This document shows positions 63,818 through 64,000 of a stretch of DNA of 64,000 nt, in pieces; the stretch's first letter is position 1; every line of letters begins with the position of its first letter. The notes below the pieces were generated by a model that did not search any database, was not told the DNA's origin, and saw only the letters and a list, made by a program, of their open reading frames with translations. Location of the stretch: the NCBI GenBank assembly GCA_051294905.1, contig CM119384.1, positions 6,138,001 to 6,202,000 of the forward strand, read 5' to 3'. Source of the DNA: Botryllus schlosseri. Taxonomy: Eukaryota. Position numbers and translations under genes: made by a program.

Positions 63818-64000
63818 CAGTGGTTCCCAACCTTTCCCCCCCCCCCCACGTACCATTTCTAGGTTTTATGCAGTGCTCGCGTACCATGGTACCAACCACC
63901 TACATATGTTACGCGCGCCGAAGGCTAACAAAATGTTTCCACCGTGTTGAGCTGCCAAAGGCAGCGAAACATACATAAAACTGCCCATTTTAAGGCGCAC
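63818..64000. mobile_element. Left end of a Charlie-type hAT element running off the window
   Basis: cagtggttcccaacctt, the same end as the 21470 element. Confidence 0.55.

Noticed and set aside
1-64000. Prokaryotic or viral insert, or an operon-like system
   Set aside because: All host genes are spliced or clearly eukaryotic, and all accessory DNA is explained by eukaryotic transposon families.

Overview
AT-rich animal genomic DNA with GT-AG introns and very dense transposon content. A marine invertebrate such as a tunicate is plausible from the divergent Otp and compact genes, but that is inference only. Five host genes can be modelled. (1) The 3' part of a fibronectin-III/mucin/TM receptor-like gene (+, 540-3347). 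(2) Orthopedia (Otp, -, 12799-3864, split by a 7.7-kb intron). (3) A complete 6-exon Nup43 (+, 17181-23250). (4) A type II transmembrane C-type lectin (+, 30646-32466). (5) Proteasome ATPase Rpt6/PSMC5 (+, 57964-59505), whose only candidate intron is a 330-nt, stop-free, in-frame segment encoding a basic SPKK-motif tail. The most striking accessory features lie at 36-56 kb. One is an apparently intact 10,030-bp Foldback/NOF-like Mutator element with a perfect 9-bp TSD. Its 2.1-kb and 2.9-kb inverted arms are built from 163-bp satellite units, and its single 1127-aa ORF fuses a DDE transposase, a Ulp1-type SUMO protease and a PHD finger. Next to it is an 8,821-bp composite, MITE-core-MITE-core-MITE, made of three CACTA MITEs and two near-identical 3.7-kb cores carrying P-element, LINE and tRNA-like remnants. 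The rest of the window holds many non-autonomous hAT elements with readable 8-bp TSDs, often nested, plus LINE tails. No CRISPR array, rRNA or intact tRNA was seen. All coordinates were read by eye and no database searches were run.
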